DNA of 64,000 bases from positions 1,248,001 to 1,312,000 of the forward strand of contig CAVTTL010000001.1 in NCBI GenBank assembly GCA_963737635.1, in the 5' to 3' direction. Positions within the stretch are counted from its first letter, which is position 1. Each line of letters starts with the position of its first letter. The notes below the pieces were generated by a model that saw only the letters and a program-made list of their open reading frames with translations, was not told the origin of the DNA and searched no databases. A program made the translations under genes and the position numbers. Source of the stretch: an uncultured Methanoregulaceae archaeon. Lineage in GTDB: Archaea > Halobacteriota > Methanomicrobia > Methanomicrobiales > Methanospirillaceae. Of this stretch, positions 50,308-58,920 are shown in pieces.

Positions 50308-51193
50308 ATGGAAATTAATGGCGTGACAATTGACAACACCTATGCAGAGGCATTCCCCACCTGGGTCTGCCGGGTTATAATCACCGCAGTGACAAAAGAC
50401 TGGGCACTCAAGGCAGCAACCGAGGCAACCGGCTTTGCTACTTCCGCGATCGGCTGCCCGTGCGAAGCGGGTATCGAGACCATCCTTTCCGGCAGCGAGA
50501 CCCCCGATGGAAGACCCGGGGTTGCAATCCTTATCTGCGCAAGCAAAAAGAAACTCAAGGAGCAGGTTGTGGAGCGTCTTGCCGAATGCGTGCTGACCGC
50601 ACCTACAACGGCAGTCTTCAGTGGTATCACCGATGCCGAGGAGAAAATTCCGGTGAAGCTACATTTCTTCGGCGACGGGTATGAGTACCAGAAGGAAGTG
50701 GGCGGCAGGAAGTGCTGGGTCATTCCGATCATGAACGGCGAATATGTCGGGGAAGAGGAATTCGGTATCGTAAAAGGTGTCGCCGGCGGTAACTTCTTTA
50801 TCATGGGAGAGAACCAGATGGCAGCGCTCGTAGCCGCCCAAGCTGCGGTAGATGCCATTGCCGAAGTTAAGGGCGTTATCACGAGTTTCCCCGGCGGGAT
50901 CGTGGCAAGTGGCTCCAAAGTCGGCAGCCTGAAGTATAAATTCATGACGGCATCCACGAACGAGAAATACTGTCCTACGCTCCGCGAAAAAGTGGCAGAC
51001 AGCAAGGTTCCGGCGGGTGTAAAGGCGGTCTATGAAATCGTTATCGATGGTATTGACGAGAAGAGCGTTGCCGCTGCAATGGGAGCCGGGATCAAGGCAG
51101 CAGGTACAGGTGCCAGGAGTTAAGTTCATATCTGCGGGTAACTTTGGCGGTAGTCTCGGCCCGTTCAAGATCGAACTTGCAAAAGTTCTCTAG
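50308..51193 (+). CDS. ftr: Formylmethanofuran:H4MPT formyltransferase (apparent +1 indel at ~51104)
   Basis: MEINGVTIDNTYAEAF, TPDGRPG, GVAGGNF, GSKVGS; shifted frame ends ISAGNFGGSLGPF. Confidence 0.96.
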
Positions 51194-51196
51194 TTC

Positions 51197-51205
51197 TTTT
51201 TTTTT
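51197..51205 (+). terminator. Oligo-T terminator after ftr
   Basis: T9 run just after the ftr stop. Confidence 0.55.
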
Positions 51206-51229
51206 ACAAAATTTTTCTCTCATGGAATC

Positions 51230-51281
51230 TTATAAATAGTGTTATTGCCGATTTAGTTGTTAACGAAAATTTCGGCGATAA
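51230..51281 (+). promoter_or_regulatory. TATA box plus inverted repeat upstream of the nine-gene operon
   Basis: TTATAAATA at 51230-51238; TTATTGCCGA (51242-51251) / TCGGCGATAA (51272-51281) centred on GTTAAC. Confidence 0.55.
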
Positions 51282-51282
51282 T

Positions 51283-52239
51283 ATGATTACACTCACCCCC
51301 GACGACGTGAAACAGCGGTTTGGCCCGCTCTTCTCGAAGAAATTCTTGGTGATGGTAGACGAAACAACAGGACTTGCAGAGATCCTCGAGAAATGCCATG
51401 CCCGCGGGACGATAGAGTGGGACGCCATGAACCGATCCCGGGCCGGTGGTGCGGTGAAAGCGTGTGCTGTAGAGGGGTGCATGATGACGATACAGGCTCG
51501 CCTCGGCAGATATCCGGTCAATTTCGGTCCAGCCGCTGATACGATAGGTGGGCAGGCATTGGAAGCGGTTGAAGTGAACGGTGACGAGGTAATCACAACA
51601 TGGGCAGGTATAGCTGGTGCTGGTGTCGGTATTGCCGCGTGTCTCCCTCAGGCACCCGGGGTTATCCGGGCGGAATACCCGTTAGAAGAAGATCTCAGGA
51701 TTGGAGGTGCCCGGACCAACCATGTGAGGATAGTCTCGCCGAAGTACGAAAAGGTCTGCTTTGGTATTGACGATACGGATACAAAACAAGAGGGCGCCAC
51801 GTGGGTGATGGCACTCAAGTGTGCAGAGGCCTGTCATGTCCCGGGAGTGGAATTTCTTGGTATGCGCCTTATCCAGCTCAATCCGGCGGTTCCCGACAAA
51901 ACAACAAACTGTGTCGGTTCAGCGCTCAATTTTGCCGCCCGTTCCGGAAGCATCGAAGCACTTCGCGAGTTCGTCAGCACATTTGTAGGGAAACATACCT
52001 TCTCAAAGGACACCGGTATCGCATTTGCCCGGGGCATTGGAGCGATAAAGGAGTCTCGGGTGCTCAAGGCGATCAAAACCGAGATCGTACCGCTCGAAGA
52101 GGCTGAATCCGAGGCCCAGCGGCTGGGTATCGAGTTCCTCGACACTAACGGGAGAAAGGGGAGGATCGGTGCACTAGGTGCCGTGATCTGGGCGAATCGT
52201 GGCATCGAAGCGGCAGGTTTGTATGGCGAGCATCTCTGA
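51283..52239 (+). CDS. Methanogenesis marker protein 11-like paralogue (C-terminal TiaS-kinase-like domain)
   Basis: GIAGAGVG..C; FGIDDTD..EGATW; LIQLNPAVPDKTTNC; GRIGALGA. Confidence 0.75.
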   Translation: MITLTPDDVKQRFGPLFSKKFLVMVDETTGLAEILEKCHARGTIEWDAMNRSRAGGAVKACAVEGCMMTIQARLGRYPVNFGPAADTIGGQALEAVEVNGDEVITTWAGIAGAGVGIAACLPQAPGVIRAEYPLEEDLRIGGARTNHVRIVSPKYEKVCFGIDDTDTKQEGATWVMALKCAEACHVPGVEFLGMRLIQLNPAVPDKTTNCVGSALNFAARSGSIEALREFVSTFVGKHTFSKDTGIAFARGIGAIKESRVLKAIKTEIVPLEEAESEAQRLGIEFLDTNGRKGRIGALGAVIWANRGIEAAGLYGEHL

Positions 52240-53119
52240 ACCATATGTCATAAAATATCCGCAGATTGTGGCGGTTGCAGACGAGAGCGGCAGTAAAGTC
52301 GAGTTAATTGAATTCTTTGACTGTTTAGGTGGCGCGATGTGGACACAGCACCATTATGCCAAAAGCCCGCTCGTCGAAAATGTACGATGCGTAGGGGCAA
52401 CAACCCGTTTCCTGCTCCATCCCGGTCTTGTGGATCTCGCACTTGAAGGATCCCGGTTCCCCGCCGGAATATCAGGTGTCTCAGTCACTGGCGACGAGAT
52501 TGCCGTGACATACATCGGCATGGGCGGCGGAGGCGTAGGCGCGACATCCTGCCGTGCAGCTGCACGGGGCGTGCTGCGAGATCACTGCGATCCGGCAGGT
52601 GGGGGAAAAGTGGCAGGTGCAACACTTTGGCTGCCCCGGCGGCAGCGTGTGCTGATCGGGGTGGATGACACCGACACCGCAGAAGAGGGTGCGACCTGGA
52701 CCCTCGTCCATAACATCGCAAAGGCAGTGGAAGATGAATACACCGCATATCTGTCGCACACGATAGTCCAGCTCTTCCCGGTTGCGTACCGGACAAAGAA
52801 CTGCGTGAGCCTTGTTGCTGAATTTGGCACGACTCAACCGGAACGCCTTGTTGGGGAGTTTTACGAGCTGCTCCGGAAATATACCCTCTCTGAGAAGACC
52901 GGCATGGCAGTCTATACCGGCTTTGCTCCATCAAAAGAGCTCCTGGATTATGCAAGCAAAGTAAAACGAGGGGAAGTAACGCCGGATCTTGTGAATACCA
53001 TTAACGATCCCCAGCTCCGCATTGTTATGAACGGCCGGGGGATTACCGGGGCAGTGGCGGCACTGCCGTTCTCTACCCGTTACGAGGAGGCGCTGGAACT
53101 ATGCAGTGGGAAGAACTGA
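52223..53119 (+). CDS. Methanogenesis marker protein 11 (C-terminal TiaS-kinase-like domain)
   Basis: ELIEFFDCLGGAMW, GMGGGGVGA..C; IGVDDTD..EGATW; VQLFPVAYRTKNC; GRGITGAVAA. Confidence 0.8.
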   Translation: MASISEPYVIKYPQIVAVADESGSKVELIEFFDCLGGAMWTQHHYAKSPLVENVRCVGATTRFLLHPGLVDLALEGSRFPAGISGVSVTGDEIAVTYIGMGGGGVGATSCRAAARGVLRDHCDPAGGGKVAGATLWLPRRQRVLIGVDDTDTAEEGATWTLVHNIAKAVEDEYTAYLSHTIVQLFPVAYRTKNCVSLVAEFGTTQPERLVGEFYELLRKYTLSEKTGMAVYTGFAPSKELLDYASKVKRGEVTPDLVNTINDPQLRIVMNGRGITGAVAALPFSTRYEEALELCSGKN

Positions 53120-54069
53120 AGTCCCGGCTGCTTGAATGCGGTTCGGCCCGGCTCGGTGGGGAAACAGCGGACGATTTTATTGCGAAATCTACCGCTGGCC
53201 CAGGTGCCGGGGGAAAAGGTTCGGTCTTCTTTGCCATGGGCAGCCACCGGGTCAAACTCGCAATCAATCCTGCATCCTCCGTTGAGATTGTCCATCGGGG
53301 CGGTGGTGTCGCCGATCTGTATTTTGACGGCCGACAGATCCCCGGACGGCTCCTCCTGCCGGGGCTTCACTGCCCGGATCAGGCATTTATCACGGTAACG
53401 GAGAGTTGCATCTTCTCGTGCCGCTATTGTTCGGTTCCCCGGATCTCCGGGAAACGGAAGACTGTCGAGGAGATTATGGCACTCGTTGAATCGGTCCGGC
53501 ACCGTGTCAATGCTCTCTCTCTGACAAGTGGTGTCTTGGGGAGCATCGATGAGGAGGAAGCTTATGTCTGTGAGGTTATCGATCACCTGAGGTTCTTCGA
53601 ACTCCCTATGGGGGTCTCCATTTACCCGACCGAACAGACCCCGGACAAGCTCCATGCTCTCGGCGTTGATGAGGTAAAATTCAATATCGAGGCAGCGACG
53701 CCGGAACTTTTTGCAGAAATGTGTCCCGGCCTTGACTATGATCTCCTCTGGCGGGTCCTTGACCGTTCAGTGGATCTCTTCGGGAGAGGCCGGGTTTTTT
53801 CTAATGTCATTGTGGGGCTTGGTGAGACCGATGCAGAGATGGAGACCTGTATCAACCGGCTCGCATCCCACAGCGTTATACCAGTACTCCGGCCGCTTAA
53901 CCCGGTGGCAGGGTGTGCCGGCGGATCCCGGCCGTCCGCAGAACGGCTGAGGAAACTATTTGCCCTCCACCGGGAGGCCCTTTCCCGCGAAGGACTGGAT
54001 ACCGCCGGTGCTCTTACGATGTGTACGACTTGCGGGGGCTGCGATCTCGTACCAGGGAGGGATGAATGA
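53101..54069 (+). CDS. Radical SAM protein (biotin/lipoyl-synthase-related fold) with an extra C-terminal CxxCxxC
   Basis: CIFSCRYC; KFNIE; SNVIVGLGET; CTTCGGC at the C-terminus; N-terminal STAGPGAG. Confidence 0.85.
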   Translation: MQWEELKSRLLECGSARLGGETADDFIAKSTAGPGAGGKGSVFFAMGSHRVKLAINPASSVEIVHRGGGVADLYFDGRQIPGRLLLPGLHCPDQAFITVTESCIFSCRYCSVPRISGKRKTVEEIMALVESVRHRVNALSLTSGVLGSIDEEEAYVCEVIDHLRFFELPMGVSIYPTEQTPDKLHALGVDEVKFNIEAATPELFAEMCPGLDYDLLWRVLDRSVDLFGRGRVFSNVIVGLGETDAEMETCINRLASHSVIPVLRPLNPVAGCAGGSRPSAERLRKLFALHREALSREGLDTAGALTMCTTCGGCDLVPGRDE

Positions 54070-55337
54070 AAGGTGTTGAGGCGCTGGCGGCTGCCATATG
54101 TGCGGGTACTGATCGCCGATATACGGTCCCGGGTTTCCCGGTAACCGAGCTTGGCACATTCACCCGGGCGGAGATGGTCATAAACGAGAAGACCGCACTT
54201 GAATATGCACTGGGAGATTCCCTTTCCGGTCAACGTGCAGCGGTCATTATAAAAAATGTTGGAGTAAACGCCTGCGCAGACCCTCTGGCCCAGGCTTCCG
54301 TACAGGGACTACGGGGAGGTGTTCTCCTTGTCGTGGGTGATGATCCCGACGCAAAAGGTTCCCAGACGGCACAGGACTCCCGTTATTACGGAGAACTGGC
54401 GGAACTTCCGGTGATCGAACCTGATACGACAACCTGCTTCACTGGCGTTGAAACGGCACTTACCGCTTCGGAAACATTTTCCCGCGTCGCTATGCTCCGG
54501 CTTACACCGCAGCTGCTGGACGCTGACGTCACCGGGGTGCCCATCCCCCGGAACCAAGGTAGCGGAAAGCTTGCCGATCCGGCCTGGACCATGCACGGCA
54601 GGGTAACTGCGGCCGAAGAAATCTACCGGACGATGTTTGTGTGGTCGGAGATATCACCCCAAAACCAGTGGAAAGACGGCACACTTGGCGCCGGTTCTGC
54701 ACCGGGGAATTCCCGGCTTGTGACGGTCAATCCGGTTCCCTCCCGTGCTGCAGGATTCCCATCGGTAAACGAGTACGGGAGGTCCTTTATCCGGGATCAC
54801 CGTACCCTAGTACCACCAGAACCGCAGGAACAGCCGGAATCCTATAAAAATCGGGGATTTAGCAGGACATTCTGCTCTGCATGCCCGTACCGGACCCTGC
54901 TTAACATTATCAGGGAAAAGGATATGCACCTGATATGCGACGCGGGGTGCTCGGTCTTTGGTATGAACCCGCCGTATAGTCTGGGCGTTGCCAGCTATGG
55001 TATGGGTTCGAGTATTGCGGTTGCCGCACGAAGCACGCATGTAGCGCTGATCGGGGACTACGCGCTGCTTCACTCGGGCCTCAACGCCCTTATCGACGTG
55101 TATGAAAAGAGACACCCACTCCTGTGTATTGTCATGAAAAATCACTGCGCAGCAATGACCGGGTGTCAGCCGGTGAGTGATCCGGTTCCTTATATCCGGT
55201 GGGCCGACCCGGTAGTCTGCCCTGCAGAAGATGAATGCCGCCTCCGCGAAATTATCCGGTACCCAGATGCGCCCTTAACGGTCGTAGTGGAAGCGGAATG
55301 CCCCAAGGGAGCACGCCATGAAACCGTGGAATGTTGA
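54066..55337 (+). CDS. ThDP-dependent enzyme, truncated IorA (indolepyruvate:ferredoxin oxidoreductase alpha)-like
   Basis: PGFPVTE, NEKTALE, GDDP; FCSACPYR, DAGCS; ThDP motif GDYALLHSG...N..AMTG; no ferredoxin domain. Confidence 0.85.
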   Translation: MKGVEALAAAICAGTDRRYTVPGFPVTELGTFTRAEMVINEKTALEYALGDSLSGQRAAVIIKNVGVNACADPLAQASVQGLRGGVLLVVGDDPDAKGSQTAQDSRYYGELAELPVIEPDTTTCFTGVETALTASETFSRVAMLRLTPQLLDADVTGVPIPRNQGSGKLADPAWTMHGRVTAAEEIYRTMFVWSEISPQNQWKDGTLGAGSAPGNSRLVTVNPVPSRAAGFPSVNEYGRSFIRDHRTLVPPEPQEQPESYKNRGFSRTFCSACPYRTLLNIIREKDMHLICDAGCSVFGMNPPYSLGVASYGMGSSIAVAARSTHVALIGDYALLHSGLNALIDVYEKRHPLLCIVMKNHCAAMTGCQPVSDPVPYIRWADPVVCPAEDECRLREIIRYPDAPLTVVVEAECPKGARHETVEC

Positions 55338-56445
55338 GATCTGTGACGTAACGCTCAGAGACGGAGAACAGACGCCCGGTGTGTCGTTCTCCTGCGAAGA
55401 AAAAGTGGACATCGCCCGGACCTTGGATTGTGTCGGCGTGGAAGTGATCGAGGCCGGGTTTCCGGCAGTCTCCGAAAACGAGAAACAGTGTGTAAAGACC
55501 ATCGCAAACCTCGGGCTCGATGCACGGATATGCGGTTTTGCCCGGGCACGGAAAGAGGATATTACGGCGGCAATAGACTGCGGTGTCGATATGGTATCCA
55601 TCTTTATCCCCACATCGGATCTCCATGTAAAGGTCAAATTCAGGAAACCACGTGAACAGGTGCTCGAAGATGCCCTTGCCATGATAGATTTCGCCCGGGA
55701 TCAGGGGGTTGCCGTGAGGTTTGCTGCGGAGGATGCATCGCGGACCGATCCGGTCTTCCTCAAGGAAGTATACCGGCGTGCGTCGGACCACGGGGCAGTC
55801 CTGCTCAGTTTCGCCGATACCGTGGGATGCTTGATCCCGGATGAGATGCGCACGATCATGGCTGATCTGGTCTCTTCGGTCGATCAGCCGTTTTGTGCCC
55901 ATTGCCACAACGATATGGGCTGCGCCGTTGCAAACACCATCACTGCGGCACAGGCTGGGGCGTTCCAGCTCCACACGACGGTCAATGGGATCGGTGAACG
56001 TTCAGGCAATGCCTCACTGGAAGAGGTGCTGGTTATCCTGCGAACCAAAGGCGGCATCGACCGGTATGATCTCTCGTACCTTTCCACACTCTCAAGAAAA
56101 GTAGAAAAGTATTCCGGTATTGCGCTCCCGAAGAACAAGCCGGTAACCGGAGAACTTGCATTTTCTCACGAAAGCGGCATCCACATCGCCGCTATTCTCG
56201 AAGATCCTGCCACGTATGAGTACTTCCCTCCGGACCTTGTGGGCGGGGAGCGGCACTTCATCCTTGGAAAGCACACCGGAAGAAAAGCGCTCGAACATGT
56301 CATCGCATCACTTGGCCAGGACCTCTCCGGGGCCCAGATCTGCCGGGTTCTTGATCTTGTTAAAGAACATTCCGAACAGAAATGCAGCATCACGCCCGAG
56401 GTATTGCAGAAGCTGATCCAGAAGGCACAGAGGGAGATGGTATGA
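55318..56445 (+). CDS. aksA: Homocitrate synthase (2-oxoacid elongation)
   Basis: DVTLRDGEQ, HCHND.G, NGIGERSGN, HESGIH, LGKHTG; 375 aa without the LeuA/CimA regulatory domain. Confidence 0.82.
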   Translation: MKPWNVEICDVTLRDGEQTPGVSFSCEEKVDIARTLDCVGVEVIEAGFPAVSENEKQCVKTIANLGLDARICGFARARKEDITAAIDCGVDMVSIFIPTSDLHVKVKFRKPREQVLEDALAMIDFARDQGVAVRFAAEDASRTDPVFLKEVYRRASDHGAVLLSFADTVGCLIPDEMRTIMADLVSSVDQPFCAHCHNDMGCAVANTITAAQAGAFQLHTTVNGIGERSGNASLEEVLVILRTKGGIDRYDLSYLSTLSRKVEKYSGIALPKNKPVTGELAFSHESGIHIAAILEDPATYEYFPPDLVGGERHFILGKHTGRKALEHVIASLGQDLSGAQICRVLDLVKEHSEQKCSITPEVLQKLIQKAQREMV

Positions 56446-57653
56446 GCACGCTGTCAGAACGTATCCTGGGTGCAGCTGCAGGGGAATATGTCGACCGGAA
56501 GGTTGACAGGGCATATGCCCATGATGGCACCGGTGTCCTTACCTTGGAAGCCTGGAAAGACATGGGCGGAGACCGGTTGGGAAAAGATACCGGATATTAT
56601 ATCCAGTTCGATCATATAGCCCCGGCCAACAATAGCACGACCGCGACCCTCCAGCACGAGCTCAGGGATTTTGCGAAACGTTCGTTTATGCAGTTCTCCG
56701 ATATCGGCTGCGGCATCTGCCACCAGCTGATGGGCGAGGGTATCGTCCTGCCCGGGGAGATTGTCGTCGGCGCAGATTCGCACAGTGTTACGCTCGGGGC
56801 ATTTGGAGCGTTTGCGACCGGTATGGGCGCCACCGACATGGCTGCGATCTGGCTGACTGGGGAGACTTGGTTCCGGGTTCCCGAATCTGTGGGCATTCAC
56901 CTGAGCGGAAGGTTCACTGGTGCTGCGGAAGCAAAGGATCTTGCGCTGGCCTACGTAGGAAAACTCGGCACGGACGGTGCAACCTATCAGGCACTGGAGT
57001 TTGTAGGCGAAGGCACGCACTATCTTTCGATGGACGAACGCCTCGTACTTGCAAATCTTTCTGTCGAAGCCGGGGCAAAGGCAGGGCTCTTCTACGCGGA
57101 TGATGTGACGGTCCGCTACCTGAAGGAGCATGGGCATGACGTCGCGTTTCAGGAATACGAATCCTGTACATACCGGCAGGAACTCGATCTCGATCTTGCA
57201 GATATCGTGCCGCTCGTTGCGGTGCCCCACCGGGTGGACACGGTAAAGCCCGTGGATGCGGTTGCCGGCTTACCGCTTGACCAGGTCTTTGTTGGCACCT
57301 GCACTAACGGCCGGTATTCCGATCTCGCCCGGTTTGCCCGGATGATTAAGGGCAGGAAAGTGGCCGTACGGACCATCGTGGTTCCGGCATCAGCTTCGGT
57401 TCTTGAAAAGGCAATCCGGACCGGGGTGCTTACCGATATTGTCGGGGCCGGGTGCACTCTCGGGACGCCCGGGTGTGGTCCCTGTCTCGGGTACCATATG
57501 GGGGTACTCGGTGAAGGGGAAGTCTGCCTCTCGACAGCCAACCGGAATTTCAGGAACCGTATGGGTATCGGCGGGGAAATCTACCTTGGTTCTGTCGCTA
57601 CTGCCGCAGCAAGTGCTCTCGCAGGTGAAATTGCATCGCCGGAGGCCGGATAA
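56442..57653 (+). CDS. aksD: Homoaconitase large subunit
   Basis: HDGT, FDH, GICHQ, GADSH, GTCTNGR, PGCGPCLG, STANRNF. Confidence 0.82.
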   Translation: MSTLSERILGAAAGEYVDRKVDRAYAHDGTGVLTLEAWKDMGGDRLGKDTGYYIQFDHIAPANNSTTATLQHELRDFAKRSFMQFSDIGCGICHQLMGEGIVLPGEIVVGADSHSVTLGAFGAFATGMGATDMAAIWLTGETWFRVPESVGIHLSGRFTGAAEAKDLALAYVGKLGTDGATYQALEFVGEGTHYLSMDERLVLANLSVEAGAKAGLFYADDVTVRYLKEHGHDVAFQEYESCTYRQELDLDLADIVPLVAVPHRVDTVKPVDAVAGLPLDQVFVGTCTNGRYSDLARFARMIKGRKVAVRTIVVPASASVLEKAIRTGVLTDIVGAGCTLGTPGCGPCLGYHMGVLGEGEVCLSTANRNFRNRMGIGGEIYLGSVATAAASALAGEIASPEAG

Positions 57654-58123
57654 TGAAGGGCAAAGGAACCGCCGTATGCCTCCCGGCAGATATCGATACC
57701 GATGTCATTATCGCCGGCCGGTACTTGCGGACGAAGGATCAGGGAGTCTGGGCAACCCATGTGTTCGAGGATCTCGATCCTTCGCTTGCCCCCCGTCTCA
57801 AAGGAGCTGTTATTGTCGCCGGCAAAAATTTCGGGTGCGGCTCTTCGCGGGAGCAGGCGACCATTGCCCTCAGGGAGGCAGGGATTGTTGCTGTCATTGC
57901 CCCGTCGTTTGCACGGATATTCTTCCGGAACGCGATCAATATCGGCCTTCCGCTCATCGAATCAGATCTGGCCTGTGCGGAAGGCAGCAGGGTAACATTT
58001 GACCTGTCAGGTGGTTGGGTGGAGACTGGCGGGAAAAGGCACGAAATCCGTTCGTTGTCTCCCCGGATGCAGGAAATCCTGGACGCGGGGGGCCTCGTTG
58101 AATATTGGAGGGCTCACCGATGA
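57653..58123 (+). CDS. aksE: Homoaconitase small subunit
   Basis: DIDTDVII.GRYLRT (YLRT loop of methanogen homoaconitase rather than LeuD YLVY); NFGCGSSRE. Confidence 0.85.
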   Translation: MKGKGTAVCLPADIDTDVIIAGRYLRTKDQGVWATHVFEDLDPSLAPRLKGAVIVAGKNFGCGSSREQATIALREAGIVAVIAPSFARIFFRNAINIGLPLIESDLACAEGSRVTFDLSGGWVETGGKRHEIRSLSPRMQEILDAGGLVEYWRAHR

Positions 58124-58920
58124 TCTTTCCGGACCATTGCAAGTATGTGGGGATTGCTTCGACCCGACCCTGCGGAGATCGGGTCTATACCCTGAGCCGG
58201 TATCTCCTGTGTGAGACAGAGCGGGGGTATGAACTCCGGGAAGTTATCCTTGATCATACCGGAAAAAACGTTATGAGGAAAATTATCTCCTCCAGAGTAC
58301 TTGCAACTCCGGCGGAGTTTTACTGTTACCCTGAAAAAGTGCAGCTTAACGACAGGGCGAGACTCGTACGGCTCGCATCTGAAAGCGGGTACCGGTGCAC
58401 GGTCTTTACCGGTCTCGAGGAAAACATGACGTTTGTCCTCGATCCCGATCTGTCAGGATTCCTTACAGTGCACGTCTATGATGTCATACCACCCCGTCCG
58501 ACCCTTTCGGCGAGCCTGAAAGAAATGGAGGCGATCGGTCTCTTCGGGGAACTTTCGGTGGTCTTCGACCATCATATCCGGGACATTACTGTGGTGCCTG
58601 CGGATGTCTATCCATGCCGGGCTGCAGGATATACGAGGACGCTGGACGCCGATCCCCTGCATGGTGGCGAACGGGTGGCCGGGTGCCTTACGGCGAAACA
58701 ATTCTGTACTGAGTGCTATGGGACGGATTTTGTGCTCGAGACTATCTGCCCCCTTGAACAAGTTGCAGAAGAGCCCTTTATTGCCCGGTGCTGCCGGTCT
58801 GAGCGGGAGGGCGTAGGTACCTGGAACGGCAGGTTCGGGGCGATTGTCCACTGGGGTGCAGATCCGGCAAAGATTGCCCGGTCAGTCCAGGAACTGGTCA
58901 GGCAGTGGAGGGCAAGATGA
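58120..58920 (+). CDS. Uncharacterised Cys-rich protein (12 Cys), possible Fe-S protein
   Basis: ATGA overlaps at both ends; YPC, GCx6CxxC, ICP and RCC clusters. Confidence 0.8.
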   Translation: MIFPDHCKYVGIASTRPCGDRVYTLSRYLLCETERGYELREVILDHTGKNVMRKIISSRVLATPAEFYCYPEKVQLNDRARLVRLASESGYRCTVFTGLEENMTFVLDPDLSGFLTVHVYDVIPPRPTLSASLKEMEAIGLFGELSVVFDHHIRDITVVPADVYPCRAAGYTRTLDADPLHGGERVAGCLTAKQFCTECYGTDFVLETICPLEQVAEEPFIARCCRSEREGVGTWNGRFGAIVHWGADPAKIARSVQELVRQWRAR

